Positions 9,801 to 19,729 of a DNA stretch of 64,000 nucleotides are shown here, in pieces; positions within the stretch are counted from its first letter, which is position 1, and each line of letters begins with the position of its first letter. Position numbers and translations under genes: made by a program. The DNA comes from Pelagomonas calceolata. Lineage: Eukaryota. The stretch spans positions 2,294,001 to 2,358,000 of the forward strand of contig CAKKNE010000002.1 of the NCBI GenBank assembly GCA_918797485.1. Direction: 5' to 3'. Below the pieces are notes generated by a model, which saw nothing but the letters and a program-made list of their open reading frames with translations, was not told where the DNA came from and searched no databases.

Positions 9801-12800
9801 CTCGGCCCAAAGTCCGACGACGGGGGGCGGCTCGACTCGAGCCCGAGGTCGTCGAGCGACGAGCCGCGGCTCGAGAGCGAGCCGCGGCTCGAGCGCCGCG
9901 ACGTGGCGTAGGCGTCGTCGCTTTCGACGTCGTACTCGTAGTCCGTGCGCGAGTCGACCGACGACGGCGTCGGCGGCCCGCGCGACGCCGTCGAGAGGCG
10001 GGTCCGCGCGCGCGCGACGCGCTCCGCGACCTCGTCGGCCGTCAGGGCGCCCGTCGGCGCGAGCGCCGCCAGCAGCGCGTCCGCGTCGCGCCGCGTCACG
10101 TCCGAAAAGGACCCGCCGCAGCGCCGCAGGCCGCGGTGCAGCTCGGCGGCCGTCACGGGCCGCCGGCCGGACGCCGCGTCCAGCGCGCGCCGCAGCCGCA
10201 CGCCGGCGGCCTCGCAGGCGTCGAGGAGCGCCTGCAGCCGCGCCGCCTCGGGCCCGGCCGACGGCGGCGGGGGCGGCGCCCGCGCGGGCCGCGGCGGCGG
10301 CGAGCCGCGGTAGCGGTCGCAGAACCGCTCGAGCTCGCGCCGTGAGACGCGGCCGTCGCCGTCGCCGTCCATGGTCTCGCAGACGCGCCAGACGTCGGCC
10401 CGCGTGAGGCCCTGCGTGCCGCTGCCCCGCTTGAGCGCCGCCCAGAGCTCCTCCGCCGTGAGCGGTGCGTCGCCGACGTTGCTGAAGTAGAACCGGAGGG
10501 GCGTGCCCCGCGCCTCCCGCTCGAGCAGTATGGAGGCCAGCCGCGCTGCAGAGGCCCCGGTGTGACGGTCGTCGGGGCTGCGCTTCTTCGGCAGCGACCG
10601 CGGCGCGTTGCCGCCGTCGGCGACGCCCGGCGTGGACACGGCGAAGCTCGGGCGCGGGGCGGGCCGCTGGGGGCGCGCCGGCGCATTTTTCGGGGCGCGC
10701 TGGGGCGGCGGCACGGCGGGCGGCGGTCGCTTGGGGGGCGATGGACCTGTGGGCGCGGGCCGCCCGCGGAGCCAGGCCTTGCCTTTGGGGGGAGAGTGGA
10801 ACAGTCGCTGCGCCGCGAGCTCGGCCATCTCAGCCCGCTCCTCTGCGGCCGTGGCTCGCCCCTCGAGCGTCCGCGCACCTGTGCGGAAATCAGTGCGTCG
10901 GGTGCACCCGATAATTCTTCACCAGTCATTTCTCGGCGATGACGCGGCCGTGCTGGCTCGGTCGAGCAGCGAGGAACCGGCATCGCCACGCCGTCGAGCA
11001 GGCGTCGTGGCGATGGTATGGAGGTCATAATTGAGCCGTGAAAAGTGCCGCGAAATTTGATTATTGCACTGCCGTGCACGTGCCTCTGCGCGCTCGGCGC
11101 GCTCGACTGCCGCGGCCGCTGCCGCCTCGAAGGGGTCCGGCTTCGTAGGCCGCCCCGGCCGTCTCACCGGACTCGGTGACGGCGTCCGTGCTCGTTGCTC
11201 CGCGGCTTGGAGTCGCTTGCGCAGGCGCGCAATCTCTCGCTTCGCTTTGACGAGGCGACGGCTATCGTCGATGACCTCGTCGACGCCTGTGTGGAAATCA
11301 AATTTCAGGCGCCCCACGCCATCGACGCGACGTCGTTCCAATGACTGCGTCTGCTCTCCACGCCATCGACGCGACATTGTCACACCGTAACTGGGCAGCT
11401 CGATGGCGTAGAGGTTCACGAAGATCTCAACAACCTAACCCACTGCTTGATTTCCACACAGGTCGAGGCGGAGCCGCGCCGTGACGCGCGTGGCGCGCTG
11501 AGCAAATGCTAATGTGGACGCCGTCTCGTCGTAGGCGTCCTGGGCCGCCGACGCCGTCGCGATGACTACGGCGCGCGTTCCGCCCCCGAGCGCGTCCTGC
11601 AGCAACCGTGTCAGCACCGAATCTCTATAAGGAACGTGGCCTCCGCCCCGATGAGCCTCCGTCGCCAGATCCGCGAGCGCTGCGATACAATTTCCTAAAG
11701 CGCTCAGCGACGTGTTGATCGCCCGGAGCTCGCGAGCGAATTGCTGAGATGCGGCGACCTCGTCGGACCTATGTGAAAATCAAATTTCGAGCGCCCCACG
11801 CCATCGACTCGATGTCGTTCCCGTGACTGCGTCTGCTCAATGGAGTGGAGATTAAACGCCATCGACGCGACGTTGCCTCCGTAACTAGCGGCTCGATGGC
11901 GTGGATGTTGACGAAAGTCTCCGATAACCTAGCTCACTGGTTGATTTCCGCACAGCGTCGGACCACTTCTCAGAACCAGCCAGGTCCACGAGCGAGAGCT
12001 TCGCGCGACGAACCACCGTGCGCGTACCGGCCGTGCCCGGCGTCTGGGCCGTGGACGGCGGCACGTCGGAGGCAGCAAACTGGCTCCATCGCGCCGGGTC
12101 GTTATTCTCGTCGTTGCCCTTCTCCACGGACTCGACCTCGAGCGCGAGCTGCAGCACGGCGTGGCTTCGCGACGAGTGCTCGTTTGACCGCGTGGCGCGC
12201 GTGGCGCGGCCTTTCGTGCCACGCGCGACGAGCGCGAGCACCTGTGCGCAAATCAACCAGTGAGTCGGAGTTCACGGCGATACCGCGGCCGCTCTGGCTG
12301 AATCGAGCGGTGAGAGACCGCACGGCCACGCCGTCGAGCAGGCGTCGCGTCGATGGCGTGGAGGTCATGATTCGGCGAACCACGGCGACGACCCGAGGCG
12401 CTCATCCACTGACACAGGGAGCGTCTCGTAGCAATTACCAGCCGTACGTACAAAGTACGAAAGGATCTGGCTACTTCCCCACCGTTGAGAATCGCGTCCG
12501 GCGGGCATGGAGGTCATGTATCAGTAGTGGCTGAGACGCGCCTCGACAATTTGATTTATGCACTGGTGAGTACATCCGCCGCTGATGCGACCTGGTACTC
12601 CGAGAGCCCGCGCACGAAGACTGCGCCCTTGGATCCTAGGTTCGAGGGCGCCTCGCGCACCTGGAGCGCCGGCGCCTTCGAGGGGTCCGGCACCAACAAA
12701 TCCTGGACGCGGTCCCCGTAGATCTGGAGGTAGGAACAGTGGGCCGTCGCGCGCACGATCGTGCCGTCGGCAGAGCCCGTCGCCAGGGCCTCGAAGAGCG

Positions 12801-13218
12801 ACGCCGCCGCGCGCGGGATGACGCCCGCATCTCCCGGTAACTGGCCGGCCTCGGGCGCTGCCGGCGCGCCGAGCATCGTGAAGGTCTTGCCCGTGCCGGT
12901 CTGGCCGTAGGCCATGACCGTCGCGTTGACCTGTGTGGAAATCGAATTTCGGGCGCCCCACGCCATGCTCACTGGTCGATTTCCACACAGGGTGTTGACG
13001 CCCTTGCGTGCCACGTCCTCGACGGCCGGCGCGACCCAGTCGTAGACGTCGCCCTGCGAGCAGTCTTCGGGGAAGACCTGGTCCATAGCATGCGTCAGCG
13101 ACGCGTCCTGGCCGTGGCGCGCCTTTATTATGACGTCGTTTTCTTCCACTCTAAGACTCCGGAAGGCCTCCGGGGGCAGCGGCAGCAGGCGGACCGCCGC
13201 TCTCACTCTCTCCTCCAT
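6806..13218 (-). CDS. Kinesin with N-terminal motor, EF-hand, IQ and repeat-rich tail; exons 13218-13000, 12930-12574, 12241-11964, 11768-11470, 11286-11080, 10878-6806 (1810 aa)
   Basis: After splicing 5 introners: AYGQTGTGKT, NEHSSRSH, LVDLAGSE, INTSLSALGNCI, HVPYRDSVLTRLLQDALGG; total 5433 nt in frame. Confidence 0.9.
8395..9130 (-). repeat. Coding minisatellite, ~42-bp unit (RSPARSAERREPAE-like)
   Basis: About 15 degenerate 14-aa units in the kinesin tail. Confidence 0.85.
10879..11079 (-). mobile_element. Introner 6 (GT-AG, 201 bp)
   Basis: TSD ccgcgcac / ccgtgcac; ends ctgtgcggaaatc / gattattgcactg. Confidence 0.9.
11287..11469 (-). mobile_element. Introner 7 (GC-AG, 183 bp)
   Basis: TSD gtcgacgc / gtcgaggc; perfect TIR ctgtgtggaaatc. 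Confidence 0.9.
11769..11963 (-). mobile_element. Introner 8 (GT-AG, 195 bp)
   Basis: Perfect TSD cgtcggac at 11761-11768 and 11956-11963; internally similar to introner 7. Confidence 0.9.
12242..12573 (-). mobile_element. Introner 9 (GT-AG, 332 bp)
   Basis: TSD gcgagcac / gtgagtac; ends ctgtgcgcaaatc / gatttatgcactg. Confidence 0.88.
12931..12999 (-). mobile_element. Introner 10 (GT-AG, 69 bp, internally deleted)
   Basis: TSD gcgttgac / gtgttgac; TIR ctgtgtggaaatcga / tcgatttccacacag. Confidence 0.9.
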
Positions 13219-13553
13219 CCTACTCCGGTCGCGGGTCGCCCTTCGTGATGTATCGTCGTTCACTGGCCGCAGGCCTTTATCGTAAGGTGTGCTGGCATGG
13301 TGGGGCAGCCCCCGGCCGCGAGTCCCGCTCCTGCGGTTGCGTAGGGTTCTGGAAGGAGACCCCAGGGCGCTTCGCGGCTTGGCCGGCCGATCGGTTGCGC
13401 GGATCACAGAGCTAAGTTTGTAGACATACTAGGTTTTCCTCCTAGACGGCGCTGCGAGACTTTTTTGCGTTGCTTTCGTATAGACACGCCGTTTGCTCCG
13501 GAGAGACACTTCTCGGCGGCCACTGACAAAAATGTGATCGGCTGCCCTGCATT

Positions 13554-15864
13554 ATGCAACTGCTCTGGGCCCTATGGGCTGCCTGTGCCACCGCCGACGT
13601 CGTGCGGCTGCCATCGCTCTGGGCCCTATGGGTTGCCTGTGCCACCGCCGACGTCCTGCGGCTACCCGTGACGACGTCCTTCCACCGCCGGGGCAACACA
13701 ATAACCCAACGCGTGCGCCGCCGCCACGGCCGCCGCCTCCGGACGACGATTCCCATCACCGCGTGCAACGATGCCGTCTACTACGGCGACGTGCTATTGG
13801 GCACGCCGGGGCAGCGGCTTCAGGTCATATTTGATACGGGATCCGCGGATTTCTGGGTCAACGGCCAGCTCTTCGACGGGAGCCAGTCGGAGACCTACGT
13901 CGGGGACGAAACCTACCCGTTCAGCGTACACTATTCCGATGGAGACGGCGTGAGCGGGTTCCGGGCCTTCGACACTCTTACGGCGGGAAGCGTTACAGCT
14001 CCGAGCGTGGCCTTCGGCGAAGCGGAGGCGATGGGCAACTTCTACGTCTGCGGCGCCGAGGACGGCGTGTTCGGCCTCGCGTTCCGGGCGATCTCGCGGC
14101 TCAACGCGCCCACGGCCTTCGAGATGCTCGCTCCCTACCTCGACGAAGAGATGTTTGCGTTCTCCGTCCCGACGGATACGTTGGCGGGCGAGCTCGTGCT
14201 GGGCGGCGTCGACGAGAGTAGGTTCGTCGGCGAGCTGCAGTGGATCGACGTCTCCACGCCGCACAAGTACTGGCAGGCCGCGCTGACGTCCGCGTCAATC
14301 GGCGCGCAGCCGCTCGCCGGCTCCGCCGCGGTCTTCGACACGGGCACGACGCTCCTCGTGACGACGGAGGCGAACGCCTGGGCCCTCGCGGGGGCGCTCG
14401 ACGCGTGGTGCTACGCCTGGGTGAACGCCTGTGCGGAAATCAACCAGTGCGTCGGTTGCACCCGAGACACAAAGTCATTTCGCGGCGATGACGCGGCCGT
14501 GCTGGTTCCGTCGAGCGGCGAGGAACCGGCATCGCCACGCCATCGAGCAGGCGTCGCGTCGATGGCGTGGAGGTCGACGCGATGATTCAGCACGAACGCG
14601 CCGTAAAATTTTGATGTCCACACAGGTGAACGCGACGAGCTCCTACGATGTGCGGCGCTGCGCCGAGGCCGACGCGGCGGCTCCGTTCCCGGACCTCGTC
14701 GTGGCGCCGTGCGGCGCCGGCGACGATCTGGTCTTTCGCTTCGGCGCCGTCGAGGCCCGCGTGCCGCGCGACCAATACCTCTACGGCCAGGACTGCGACG
14801 AGGCCCTCGAGTTCCGCGACTGCCGCGGCGTCTGCTGGCCGAACGAGTACCTGAGCTGGATCGACGACGTCTACTGCGACGACGGGTCCGCAGGCATCTT
14901 CCTGAACTGCCCGCGCTTCGGCTGCGACTTGTGCCCCGATAACGACTGTATCGAGGACCCGGCCGACGACGCGTGCCTCCTCTCGGTCGCCGCGGACGAC
15001 AGCGTCGGCACGTGGATCCTGGGCGACGTCTTCTTCTCGGCGACGTACGTGGCGTTCGACCACGGAAACGCGCGCCTCGGCCTCGCGCCGCTCGCGTCGG
15101 GATCGGCGCCGGTCCCAGCGCCCCTGTCGCCCGCACCGTCGCCCAGGCCCTCGCCGGAGCCGGTGCCGGCGCCGACGGTAGGAACCCTGTCGTCCGACTC
15201 GTCGCCTGGGCCGACGGTCGCGCCGACGGTCGCGCCGGTGACCGGAGACATGACATTCTCCGGTCTGAGCCTCGCGGTTGCGCGGGCTAACGAGGCCGTG
15301 CTCGTCGATACGATCGCCGCCAGCGCCGGAGTCGAAGACACGTCGCGCGTGAGCATAGTCATCGCTGCCGCTGCGCGGCGCCGCCTCTCGGACGGCGTGG
15401 TCGTGACTTACACTATCGCCACCGACACGACAGCAGACTCCGACGCGGTCCTCGGCGCGCTGTTGGCCCTCACCACGGAAGATGCCAAGGCAGCCCTCAC
15501 GACCGCGGCGGCGGCGCACGGCGTCGCCGCGACCTTCGCAACCGTCGAGATCACGCAAATACACGCATCGTTGTTTGACTACCGGGTTCCGGCGCCGACC
15601 GCGCAGAGGCCCGCCGCTTCCCGACGGCGTCGCCGCGCCGGGGCCTCGCCGGCCGCGAAGACCGCGCTCGCCGCGACGCTCGCCGTCGTCGTTGCCGTGG
15701 TCGTCATCGCCGTGGCGGTCTGTGCCTGGCGACGACGGCGGCGACGGCGCCAAGAAACGTACAACAGCGTCGAACTGGCGACCAAGAGCCTCGAGCTCTC
15801 GGACCTCGCCGTCGACGAGAGCGGCGCGTGGATCATGGACGATGTAGCTAACCCTATGAGATAA
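13554..15864 (+). CDS. Pepsin-family (A1) aspartic protease, type I membrane; exons 13554-14420, 14626-15864
   Basis: FDTGS and FDTGT catalytic motifs, WILGDVF, Cys-rich insert, C-terminal TM helix. Confidence 0.9.
14421..14625 (+). mobile_element. Introner 11 (GT-AG, 205 bp)
   Basis: Perfect TSD gtgaacgc at 14421-14428 and 14626-14633; TIR ctgtgcggaaatc / gatgtccacacag. Confidence 0.92.
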
Positions 15865-15911
15865 GTAAATAGGCTAGGCAGGCGGCCTAGCTCTAAGCAA
15901 AGCAACATACA

Positions 15912-16874
15912 TTACGAGCGAGACACCTCCCGCCATTTCGAGGCTATGAGCGCTCCGAACGTGTCGGGCCGCGCCGCGGGACACGACTCGGCCTGGCACT
16001 GCAATAGACTCAGGGTTCGCCTTTGCGACTCGGTCGCCGGCGGTATTGGCGTTTTAGAGTCCGGATAGAAGAAAAAAACCAGCGACAGGCGCTTCTCCGG
16101 CCCGAGGACGACTCGGTGGAACGGCGATGCCGTGTCCGCGGCGAGCGCCATAAAGTCTCCCGCGTTTGCGATCAGCGCATTCTTTGGCGCTGACGCTTTC
16201 CTCCATACGCCATGGTCGTCGAATTCGAGGGAGCCGCCCGCGACGTCGTCTGCGACGACTAACGTGAGCAGTCCCCAGTCCGTGTGCGGACTGGAGCCCG
16301 TGAAGCCCTCCTCGTAGGCCTCGTACGCGAACAGCCGCGAGAGCGCTTCCTCCGTCGCGTCGCCCGCGCAGCAGTCCTCCAGGCGCGTGGCGCCAGCTGC
16401 GACCGCCAATGCGACGACGCGCCGCGCCGCGCGCGTCAGGTTCGCGTGGGCCGTTTCCAGAACCACCCTCGCGCTCGTCCTCCACGGCCACCGATTCCCC
16501 GTCGCGCCGAACGCGAAGCCCTCCTTCGCCTCCCGCAAGCCCAGCGCGCCGGCCTCGGCGCCGCGCGGCAGGAAGCCGCGTTGGCTTCCCTTTGCGTCGA
16601 GCCGCCGCTTCGTCGCCGCGCGCGTCTTCTCGAAGAGGGCGCGGCCCGCGGCCAGCGTCGCGTCGACGTCGACACCGTGGTCGACGAGAGCGGCCGCGCC
16701 GACGCCGCGGAATGCTGCTAGCAATGCGTGGCCGCTGTCGGTGCGACTGATGTCGACCGGGCTCAGCGCCAAAGGGGTCCCGCATTCCTCGCTTGCGATG
16801 GCTGCGGCCATGACGTTTATGATAACTGCTGCCAGTGCCGGATTATTACAAAGCTGCCTACTTAGGCGCGCCAT
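15912..16874 (-). CDS. 2-oxoglutarate/Fe(II) dioxygenase (IPNS-like); start uncertain
   Basis: HTDWGLLTL, NAGD, HRV and RLS motifs. Confidence 0.85.
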   Translation of the reverse strand: MARLSRQLCNNPALAAVIINVMAAAIASEECGTPLALSPVDISRTDSGHALLAAFRGVGAAALVDHGVDVDATLAAGRALFEKTRAATKRRLDAKGSQRGFLPRGAEAGALGLREAKEGFAFGATGNRWPWRTSARVVLETAHANLTRAARRVVALAVAAGATRLEDCCAGDATEEALSRLFAYEAYEEGFTGSSPHTDWGLLTLVVADDVAGGSLEFDDHGVWRKASAPKNALIANAGDFMALAADTASPFHRVVLGPEKRLSLVFFFYPDSKTPIPPATESQRRTLSLLQCQAESCPAARPDTFGALIASKWREVSRS

Positions 16875-17077
16875 CGGCGTTACCGTTATGAAATCTCACG
16901 AATCGTGCGTGCGATGTTTTTTTATCCACCTGCCAGCGGCTGCTTCAACGGAATCGCATTAATGCGACTGCAGGCTGCACACCAGGTTCAGCCTCGCGCG
17001 GCCAACACCGCCTCGCACGACTAGCGGTTGTCAATTAGTTACCAGAGCACGCGCACAGTTATTGACCCTCGCGTAGA

Positions 17078-17818
17078 ATGACGCTCGCCGCTGCGCGCGC
17101 AGCCCTGGCGCCTCGAGGCGTGCTCCGTGCAGCTATCAATCTGAGCAACTTTTTACTTGTCTCAGATCAGACCGGGGCGACGCCGCGCGGCATCTCGCCG
17201 TCGCTTTGTGGCGCGTTGGCACAGCGTTTAGAAGTGCCGCTGGAACTCGTCCCGTATGCCAATCCGGGCCTCCTCGCCGACGCCGCGACGAGTGACGAGT
17301 GGGACGTGGGCCTGATCGGCGCCGAGCCGGCGCGCGCGGCGACGATCGCGTTTACTAGACCATACGCTCATCTGGAAGCCACGTTTCTGGTGCGCGACGG
17401 CTGCCCGGCCCGGCGCTGCGACGACGTCGACGCGGAGGGCTACTCGATCGCGGTCTCGCGGCGAGCGGCGTACGCGCTCAAGCTGGAGGCGTCGCTGGCC
17501 TCCGCGACGCTGAAACAAACGGCGGAACCCGGCCTGCCGGCCTCCGCGGACCTGTACTTCGCGGAGTCCTGCGACGCGCTCGCGGGCTTGCGACCCTGGC
17601 TGCTGGGCCTCCTGAAGAACGACGAACGCTTCGTCGGATCGCGAGTTCTCGACGGCCGCTTCCACGTCGTCGAGCAGGCCGTCGGCACGCCGAGGGGCCG
17701 CGGCGACGCGGCGCTCCCGTTCCTGGAGGCGTTCGTCGCCGAGGCGACGGGCGGCGGCCTCGTCGCCGAGCTCATCCGCGAGCATGGGGTCGAGGGGAAG
17801 GTTGTTGTGGCATCTTAG
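17078..17818 (+). CDS. Bacterial-type amino-acid ABC substrate-binding protein (PBP2 family 3-like)
   Basis: LAPxGVLRAAINLxN, WDVGLIGAEPARA, FTRPY resemble proteobacterial SBPs (recognised from memory). Confidence 0.7.
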   Translation: MTLAAARAALAPRGVLRAAINLSNFLLVSDQTGATPRGISPSLCGALAQRLEVPLELVPYANPGLLADAATSDEWDVGLIGAEPARAATIAFTRPYAHLEATFLVRDGCPARRCDDVDAEGYSIAVSRRAAYALKLEASLASATLKQTAEPGLPASADLYFAESCDALAGLRPWLLGLLKNDERFVGSRVLDGRFHVVEQAVGTPRGRGDAALPFLEAFVAEATGGGLVAELIREHGVEGKVVVAS

Positions 17819-18267
17819 CGATACTAGTGTGTTTCGTCGCCGAGCTCATCCGTGAGCATGGCGTGGAGGGGAAGGTTGTTGTACCATCTTAGCTATGGCT
17901 ATGGCTAGTTACGTCGCAGGGTCCCCCGTACCCCTCCCGCTCCCCCCGGGCCCACCCGTCCGGCTGGACTAGGACGCAAGGGCTGAGTCACATGGACTCG
18001 CACGCCCCTCCCTTTTTTGGGACGACCCCCGTCAGGATGTGGAACTTAGCGATACTAGTATGTTTATGCGCGCTATTTGTCTCTTCGTCCCGGCTTTGGG
18101 CAAAAGTGGTTGTGAGTAGAGAATAGAGCTCTAGCAGCTTGCGTGCTTGGGCATTTATTCCTTAAAGGTAGCAGCCGTGTAGACGATACTGCTACACGTG
18201 CACCGCTATTGCTCAAGAAACTCGAGCCACTTCCTGCATGGGCACCAAACATAGCAAGCCAGCGAAG

Positions 18268-18741
18268 ATGAGCACCCAGCACACTGTTGACGCCACTGGC
18301 GGCGACGCCGAGGTCGCATACTTTGCGCTCGGCTGATTCTGGACCCCGGAGCCCGCCTTTAAGCGGCTCCGGGGCGTACGTGCGACGCGTGTCGGCTACA
18401 CCGGTGGCCAGACGGACTCGCCAACGTACAGCAAGGTCTGCTCCGGCAAGACCGGCCACAGCGAAGCGGTCAAGGTCGTCTTCGATCCGTCGACCATCTC
18501 CTACGCGGAGCTCGTCGACAAGTTTTTCTCGCTGCATCCGTATCAGTACGAGTCGAAGCCGCAGTACATGTCGGCCTTGTTTTATTTGAACGAAGCGCAG
18601 CGCGAGGTCGCCCAGGCGAAGATCAACAAGCTCAAGGCCGGCGGCGCGACGGTAGCGACAAAGCTACTCCCGGCGACCATGTGGCACGACGCTGAGGAAT
18701 ACCACCAGAACTATCACGCCAAGAATTCAAAAATGTGGTAG
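18268..18741 (+). CDS. msrA: Selenocysteine-containing peptide methionine sulfoxide reductase A (Sec at TGA 18334-18336)
   Basis: FALG-TGA-FW at the GCFW catalytic site, then VGYTGG, PTYxxVC, TGHSEAV, AEEYHQNY in the same frame. Confidence 0.92.
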
Positions 18742-18766
18742 TTCAGCGGCAAGAGTGGTGAGCGAA

Positions 18767-18834
18767 GCGAGACGCCCGTGACCCCCCGGCGCCGCCTCCG
18801 CAGAGGCGCGCCGGGGGCGACTTTTGCGCCTCGC
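18767..18834 (+). promoter_or_regulatory. Putative SECIS element in the msrA 3' UTR
   Basis: Helix I gcgagacgc/gcgcctcgc; GUGAC...CGAC quartet; 10-bp helix II CCCCCGGCGC/GCGCCGGGGG; apical mini-stem. Confidence 0.75.
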
Positions 18835-18948
18835 CTTGCTCTGTGCTGTTGTGTGCCCCAGTGTAAGATCCCCCGTTCCTGAACGCGTGCGGGGAACTAG
18901 ACCCTCGATGCAGAACTAGATACACAACTTTACCACACCCCCACACAC

Positions 18949-19311
18949 TCAGTCGCCCGTGTTGAGCATCGCGCTGACGCGCTGCATGATGTAGTCCTGG
19001 GCCGGGTCGTAGGGCATGTCCTTCGACGGCATCTCGAGCACCGTCGGGATCGTCTTCGAGTAGTCGTCGAGGAGGTGGCGGATCTGGGCCGCGACGTGCT
19101 GGTTCACGAGCACGATGCCGACGTCGTCGCGGTTCGTGAACTCGAGGAAGGCCTTCTCGATCTGCGGGAGCGGCGTGCCCTCCTTGACCACGAGGAAGTT
19201 GCTAGACTCGGCCGTGCGGTGGCCGACGCCCGCGAGGACGAAGCCCGTGACCGTGTCCTCGTCTCCAATGATAGCGATGAGCTTGCCGTCGCCGCCCACG
19301 AGGCCCGCCAT
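18949..19311 (-). CDS. ATP6V1F: V-type ATPase subunit F
   Basis: LIAIIGDEDTVTGFVLAGVG...EMPSKDMPYDP. Confidence 0.95.
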   Translation of the reverse strand: MAGLVGGDGKLIAIIGDEDTVTGFVLAGVGHRTAESSNFLVVKEGTPLPQIEKAFLEFTNRDDVGIVLVNQHVAAQIRHLLDDYSKTIPTVLEMPSKDMPYDPAQDYIMQRVSAMLNTGD

Positions 19312-19729
19312 TTGTATATTGCTCCGCGCCGCGCCGGGGGGTCGCGACTCGCTGGCTGCTGCTGCTCCTCCAGTCGCTGGCTGCTGCTCCGCCAATGCCG
19401 AGCCAAAATCCGTCGGTTTTGATACCGCTGGGCGTTCACCGCTAATATTACTAGTCCAAAGTGCAAGCAGCGCGCGCCGGCTGTCTACGGTGTAAAATGC
19501 CCGACTTTTTGTGTGGCAAAGCTTGAGAAACCCGCACGATTTTGCGAAGGGTCTGATCCGTGTTGGACACCGCAGCCACGCCTCCTGAAAAGCAACAGCA
19601 GTCGTCTCTCCACGCGGCAGCCGGCCGGCCGCAAAGCAAAACAATTTAAAAAAAGACTGCTGGCTGGGCGTCCGGTGCGCGCACGAAAACGGGAAGCGCC
19701 GCAGGTAGGGGCAGCCCCAACACCTCATC

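Noticed and set aside
4054..14633. Apparent frameshifts or pseudogenes in the kinesin, protease and redoxin genes
   Set aside because: All are resolved exactly by introner splicing
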